Assembly: GCA_043821485.1 (NCBI GenBank)
Contig: JBDRCU010000010.1
Coordinates: 1-52,908, forward strand
Length of the DNA stretch: 52,908 nucleotides
Source of the DNA: Parcubacteria group bacterium
GTDB lineage: Bacteria; Patescibacteriota; Minisyncoccia; 2-02-FULL-40-12; IGHO2-01-FULL-4-A
Reading direction: 5' to 3'
In this document: positions 48,099-52,908 of the stretch, piece by piece
Layout: every line of letters begins with the position of its first letter
Position numbering within the stretch: the first letter of the stretch is position 1
Made by a program: the position numbers and the translations under genes
The notes under the pieces: generated by a model
The model's database searches: none
What the model saw: only the letters and a program-made list of their open reading frames with translations
What the model was told of the DNA's origin: nothing

Positions 48099-49850
48099 AT
48101 GTCTAATAAAACAAAAACACTATTTGCAATCATATTGATCGTGATTATAGGTTTTTTTGTATACTCATTTAATCTTGGTAATGATTTATTTTGGGATGAC
48201 CTTGATTGGATTGTTAACAATCCTTTTGTCCATAGTTTGTCGTGGCATAATATGTCTTCGCTTTTTACGTCGAATGTTCTTGGGGGCATAGGACTATCTG
48301 ATAATTATTATAGGCCGTTTTTATTCCTTACATTTGCATTCAATTATGTTGTTTCAGAAGCAGAGCCGTGGACTTATCATCTGATAAGCAATGCACTGCA
48401 TATATTGAATGGATTGCTGGTATTCCTACTCTTTAGCTTATTGACCAGGAGGAGATTAATAGGATTAATTGCTGCCTTGGCATTTGTATTGCATCCCATT
48501 GCAACTGAAGCAGTAACCTATATATCTGGACGTGGAGATCCCTTGCATATCTTTTTCATGCTTGTTGCCATGGTTCTCTATGTACGAAGTGAACAGAGAC
48601 TACTTCCATGGAAAAGCTGGCAGAGAATTCTTTCCCTAATAGCCCTTGTATTTGCTTTGCTTAGTCAGGAGAAGGCAATTGTATTTCCGTTTTTATTGAT
48701 GGCTGTGCATATGGGATTTTTGTTTGATGGTAGATTTTTACAATCGCTCAAACGTGCATTTATAAAAGCATTGCCGTATTTTGCAATAGTGCTTGTATAC
48801 GGAATACTTAGACTCACTGTTCTTAATTTTGCGAATACTTTGGATTTCTATACTGTATCTAATATTTATTCAGAGAATTTGCATGTTAGGCTGTTTACCT
48901 TTCTGCACGTGCTATTGGTCTATTACGGAGTACTTATTGCACCAACAGGGCTTCATATGGAACGAAGCATCGATATACACCTCTCATTCTTTGATTCTCC
49001 GGTTATGGGATCTTTTATTATTTTGATTGCCATAATAGCACTGCTTGTATTCCTCTATCGCAGGAAATCACCGGCATTTAAAATTTGGTTTTTTGGTCTT
49101 GCATGGTTTTTCATAAGTCTTGCTCCGGTTTCTGGCATCACACCAATCAGTGCAGTGCTTTATGAGCATTGGCTATATATTGCATTAATCGGTCCGGTAA
49201 TTATTGTTGTATGGTATATTGTCAGACTTTTTGACTATTTGCGAGAGGGTTCAATTAAATATTTGTATTGGGTTTTGATTGTTGTGCTACTTGGATACGG
49301 CAGTTTTCTTGGATATCAATCCATCCAAAGAAATATTCTTTGGGGTAATCCAATAGAGTTTTATCAGGATATACTTCGCTATGAGCCCGATAGCGTTAGG
49401 ATTAATAATAACTTAGGGAATCATTTTTTTAATGGGGGAGATATTGATCAGGCAGAAACATATTATCGCAAAGCAGCAGAGCTTACTATCAATTTCCCTC
49501 AGCCGTACTTCAATATTGGAGCAATCCTTGAGGACAAAGGAGATATTGAGGGAGCCCTCGAAGTATACAAGAAGTCACTGGAAATAGATCCTACTTTTTA
49601 CTTTGCAACGCAAAATATTATTAATCTGTATGCTAATGCCAAAGATTGGATGAATGCACGACAGTATATGGAAGAGCTTAAGGTCTTAAGACCGTCTGAT
49701 CCAAGAGTATTCTATAACTCTGCAATACTTTATGCACAAGTTGGTGATAATGACTCTCTATCTGTTGATTTAGGCAAAGCATTGAGGTTTTCCGAACATG
49801 ATCCGGAAGTACGCAATCTTATAGAACAATTCATAGAAGCATTGCAGTAA
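48099..49850 (+). CDS. TMTC-like GT-C protein O-glycosyltransferase with TPRs
   Basis: FWDD acidic loop after TM1, YYRP, HPIATEAVTYISGR, LSQE, EHWLY, C-terminal TPRs. Confidence 0.8.
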   Translation: MSNKTKTLFAIILIVIIGFFVYSFNLGNDLFWDDLDWIVNNPFVHSLSWHNMSSLFTSNVLGGIGLSDNYYRPFLFLTFAFNYVVSEAEPWTYHLISNALHILNGLLVFLLFSLLTRRRLIGLIAALAFVLHPIATEAVTYISGRGDPLHIFFMLVAMVLYVRSEQRLLPWKSWQRILSLIALVFALLSQEKAIVFPFLLMAVHMGFLFDGRFLQSLKRAFIKALPYFAIVLVYGILRLTVLNFANTLDFYTVSNIYSENLHVRLFTFLHVLLVYYGVLIAPTGLHMERSIDIHLSFFDSPVMGSFIILIAIIALLVFLYRRKSPAFKIWFFGLAWFFISLAPVSGITPISAVLYEHWLYIALIGPVIIVVWYIVRLFDYLREGSIKYLYWVLIVVLLGYGSFLGYQSIQRNILWGNPIEFYQDILRYEPDSVRINNNLGNHFFNGGDIDQAETYYRKAAELTINFPQPYFNIGAILEDKGDIEGALEVYKKSLEIDPTFYFATQNIINLYANAKDWMNARQYMEELKVLRPSDPRVFYNSAILYAQVGDNDSLSVDLGKALRFSEHDPEVRNLIEQFIEALQ

Positions 49851-49859
49851 TCTATAAAC

Positions 49860-51653
49860 ATGGAACGACTCAAGAATAGTTCCTGGCTGACTTTCTTAAT
49901 AATCTTAGTTTTATCTTTTATTGTATTTGGTAATAGTATTGCTGGGGATTTTGTTTTTGATGATACAGTTATCATCCGCGATAGAGGAGATGTTAGGTCG
50001 CCGGATAGTTATCTGAATTTTTTTGTTAGTCCTTATCATCAAAATACTCCTGAATCAGGACTTTATCGCCCTTTGACCGTAGTAAGTTATGCATTGAACT
50101 TTGCTGTATTTGGAGAATCTCCTGTAAGCTTTCATGTGATAAATATTCTTCTACATGCGTTAAGCGGATTGTTGGTTTTTTATCTCGTAAGATATCTCTT
50201 TTCATCTGACAGGCTTGCGTGGATTTCAGCTTTAATATTGATAGTTTTGCCTATACATACTGAAGCAGTTGCATCGATTGTTGGCAGAGCGGAGCTTTTT
50301 GCTTTTGCAGGAAGTCTTGGTTCCATAATGCTTTTTGTAAAAGAACAGAAAAAATTAGCTGCCTTTCTGTTTTTTCTTGCATTGTTGAGCAAGGAAACAG
50401 CAATAGTAACACTTCCAATACTATGGTATATCCTCTGGGCTAAAGAGAATGTTAATCCGTGGCAGTCTATAAAACGATTATTTGTCTTTATACCGTCAGC
50501 TGTATTGTATGTTTTGATGAGATTTGTAGCATTAGGTAAATATTTTATCAGTGATGCAGTTGTGACTTACGTTGAGAATCCTTTGAGATTTGAAGATTTT
50601 GGAACAAGAATTTTCACATCATTGAAAGTTCTCGCCATGTATATGGAAAGAATATTTTATCCCTTACATCTTTCAGCTGATTATTCATTCAATACCATTA
50701 AACTTGTTGGTAATTTTTTCACTACACCTTTAGTAATATTGGGAGGATTGATTCTGGTTGTGTTTTTTGTAATGATTTTTTATAAAAAAACAAAAGGTAA
50801 AGAACTTGGCTTTGCTGCGGTGATATTCATACTTCCGTATCTTCTGATTTCTAATTTGATATTTTCCGTGAGTACCATAATGGGTGAACGTTTGATGTAT
50901 TTTGGTTCCTTTGGGATTGTATTGATAATTGCGTATGTAATTAATAAGGCAATGAGTTTGGGGAATACATATAGGAAGATTTTTATTGGAGTCACTGTGA
51001 TGCTTGTTATTTTTTACGGAATCATAACCATTGATCGCAATAGAGACTGGGCAAGTAATCAGGCGATCTTTGATGCAGCACATGCAGAGTCTGAAGACGG
51101 AGTGATCACAAAATCCAATGTTGCAGCGTTATACATGATGGAGGATAGATGGGATGAGGCAAAAATTGAACTTGAGGCTTCATATAATATTTATCCTGAT
51201 TATCCATATACAATTCATCTTATGGCGATTATTGCCCATAATGAGGGCGATCTTGCGCGCGCGGAAGAATTATATAAAAAGTCTATAAAATTAGGTACGA
51301 ATCCAATTGATCAGTATATCAATCTGTCGAATCTGTATATACAGCAGGACAGAAAAGAAGAATCTGCAGAAATATTGCTGAAGATTATAGAGTTTTATCC
51401 AACAGCAGAACGCACAGCGAGCTATGCATATATACAAATATCAATAGGGAATTCGCAAGCCGCAATCGATGTAATTACGAAATATTTTGGAGAAAGTCCT
51501 GTTGATGCTGAATTGAATGCAGCGCTTGGTACAGCATATTTCACAATAGGAGATTATTTAGCTACGCTTAGGTATCTTGAGACATCTAAGTCACTAGGAG
51601 CAAATGCTGAACAGATTGAGACAATGATCAGGGTTTCGAAAGAGAGTATTTAG
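49860..51653 (+). CDS. TMTC-like GT-C protein O-glycosyltransferase with TPRs
   Basis: FVFDD, LYRPLT, HTEAVASIVGRAE, LSKE, ENP, LSADYS, ERLMY, RNRDW, TPRs. Confidence 0.85.
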   Translation: MERLKNSSWLTFLIILVLSFIVFGNSIAGDFVFDDTVIIRDRGDVRSPDSYLNFFVSPYHQNTPESGLYRPLTVVSYALNFAVFGESPVSFHVINILLHALSGLLVFYLVRYLFSSDRLAWISALILIVLPIHTEAVASIVGRAELFAFAGSLGSIMLFVKEQKKLAAFLFFLALLSKETAIVTLPILWYILWAKENVNPWQSIKRLFVFIPSAVLYVLMRFVALGKYFISDAVVTYVENPLRFEDFGTRIFTSLKVLAMYMERIFYPLHLSADYSFNTIKLVGNFFTTPLVILGGLILVVFFVMIFYKKTKGKELGFAAVIFILPYLLISNLIFSVSTIMGERLMYFGSFGIVLIIAYVINKAMSLGNTYRKIFIGVTVMLVIFYGIITIDRNRDWASNQAIFDAAHAESEDGVITKSNVAALYMMEDRWDEAKIELEASYNIYPDYPYTIHLMAIIAHNEGDLARAEELYKKSIKLGTNPIDQYINLSNLYIQQDRKEESAEILLKIIEFYPTAERTASYAYIQISIGNSQAAIDVITKYFGESPVDAELNAALGTAYFTIGDYLATLRYLETSKSLGANAEQIETMIRVSKESI

Positions 51654-51698
51654 TCAGTTCTTGAAAATGTAGGGAATTTATCATATAATCCTTTTACT

Positions 51699-52274
51699 AT
51701 GAATACAAAAACAACGATATTATTGGGCATATTAGTGTTATTAATCTTGGGGTTTGTAGTGTTTTGGGATAATGGCGAGTCAGTTGAAAGTCCGTCTCCA
51801 GAAGTCTCGGAATCAGTAAGTCCGGAGCCTAGTGATACAGCTGAACCTACTGCGAGTCCGATAGGGGGCGTAATACCAGCGCCAACAAAAGAAACAAGTG
51901 TACTTCCTCGTCCGCCCGCAACGGATTTTGCTCAATGTTCACTAGGGGGCGAATTAGTTTTTAAGGAACAACATCTGGCAGTTAATAAGAGTGCTGTATT
52001 AGAATATTCTGACGTAGACAGTATTTCTCGGCATATCATTTGGAAAATTACTCCTGATTCAGGAGAGGAGATTGATATAGGGCCGAATCTTTTTGCAGGA
52101 CTTGTGCTCCCTGACGGGGAGGAGAATATAACAGTCGTATTCTATGATGAGCCTAAGCATGATAGCTATAAGCTTACAGCAAAGGTGACTTACGGTGTAC
52201 TTGTAAATGGCGAGGATGTAGAAGTTAGAGAAGCTGATTGTAGTGGAAAGACATCCATAGATATAGACTATTAA
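51699..52274 (+). CDS. Hypothetical membrane-anchored exported protein with Ser/Pro/Glu-rich linker
   Basis: N-terminal TM, SPSPEVSESVSPEPS linker, beta-rich domain with two Cys. Confidence 0.75.
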   Translation: MNTKTTILLGILVLLILGFVVFWDNGESVESPSPEVSESVSPEPSDTAEPTASPIGGVIPAPTKETSVLPRPPATDFAQCSLGGELVFKEQHLAVNKSAVLEYSDVDSISRHIIWKITPDSGEEIDIGPNLFAGLVLPDGEENITVVFYDEPKHDSYKLTAKVTYGVLVNGEDVEVREADCSGKTSIDIDY

Positions 52275-52284
52275 ATATATAGAT

Positions 52285-52908
52285 ATGACATTAAAGAGTA
52301 AAATTATACTTCTTGTAATAGTTTTGCTTCCGGTTGGAGGATATTTGTATTTTTCTGATTTTAATTTAATCGGTCCCGATACTACGCCCCCTCCAATTGG
52401 TGGACTAGTCAACTTCTTAGAAGTCCCGGATAATTATACAATCTCTGTTTTTGCCCGTGGATTGGAAGACCCGCGCGTTATTGCATTCGATCCCAAAGGC
52501 AGAGTGCTTGTGAGTGAGACTAAAGCGGGTAGAGTAACCATGCTTGAAGATTTGGATAATGATGGTTTAGCAGAAACTAAGACTACAGTTATTGAAGGGT
52601 TAAACAACCCTCATGGACTTGCCTTCTACGAAGATTCAGAAGATAACAATTATCTATATATTGCAGAGACAGATAAGGTTTCAAGATATCTATACAATGC
52701 AGACGGGGGTGCTTTAACTGAAGAGATAAGGGAGGATATTATAAGTTTTCCTGAAGAATTTGGGAAACATTTTACGCGTACAATAATTTTTGGACCTAAT
52801 TATCAAACAACTTCTTTGCTTTCAGGCGGGGGCTATGAACGTTTTACATTTGCAGCGGAGAAGCTGTATATAAGTGTTGGCGCTCCTTGTGATGCATGTA
52901 TTGATGAC
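52285..52908 (+). CDS. PQQ-dependent sugar/sorbosone dehydrogenase family beta-propeller, 5' part (runs off the window edge)
   Basis: Hand translation: N-terminal TM, VFARGLEDPR, GLNNPHGLAF, HFTRTIIFGP, KLYISVGAPCDAC. Confidence 0.85.
   Translation, partial: MTLKSKIILLVIVLLPVGGYLYFSDFNLIGPDTTPPPIGGLVNFLEVPDNYTISVFARGLEDPRVIAFDPKGRVLVSETKAGRVTMLEDLDNDGLAETKTTVIEGLNNPHGLAFYEDSEDNNYLYIAETDKVSRYLYNADGGALTEEIREDIISFPEEFGKHFTRTIIFGPNYQTTSLLSGGGYERFTFAAEKLYISVGAPCDACIDD

Noticed and set aside
1132-52412. Numerous antisense ORFs in the six-frame track overlapping well-supported genes
   Set aside because: Shadow ORFs of + strand genes, with no recognisable motifs.

Overview
AT-rich bacterial chromosome segment, almost entirely + strand, standard genetic code (TGA used as stop). 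Gene content, the lack of rpmD (L30) between rpsE and rplO, and the near-absence of Shine-Dalgarno motifs point to Patescibacteria/CPR (Parcubacteria; the S-layer N-terminus recalls Ca. Yanofskybacteria, from memory only). In order: partial rpsF; tuf; the S10-spc operon through secY-adk-map; a hairpin element and a promoter-driven, heavily structured GC-rich ORFan unit; GT2 and DedA; three paralogous ~580-aa Cys-rich proteins interrupted by an RHH/RelE toxin-antitoxin pair; tpiA, pgk, DHH, RNase HI; RNase P RNA (- strand); a sugar transferase whose last 84 nt are duplicated around an MNT-HEPN module; lepB, GT4, ddl, NUDIX, DUF4012; a free-standing LAGLIDADG gene before lepA; FtsB-like gene, tRNA-Gly(CCC), a second GC-rich ORFan islet; DsbA-VKOR, an HTH gene with a 42-bp perfect palindrome/TGTCCGG array, a 1227-aa S-layer-like protein with a long structured leader, three GT-C/TPR (TMTC-like) glycosyltransferases, and a partial PQQ-type sugar dehydrogenase. 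Best leads: accessory modules inserted with a diverged replacement copy of a host gene end, the conserved-ends/variable-middle Cys-rich array, the structured RNA unit at 14.3-15.3 kb, and a putative S-layer O-glycosylation cluster. All calls were made by eye, without database searches.
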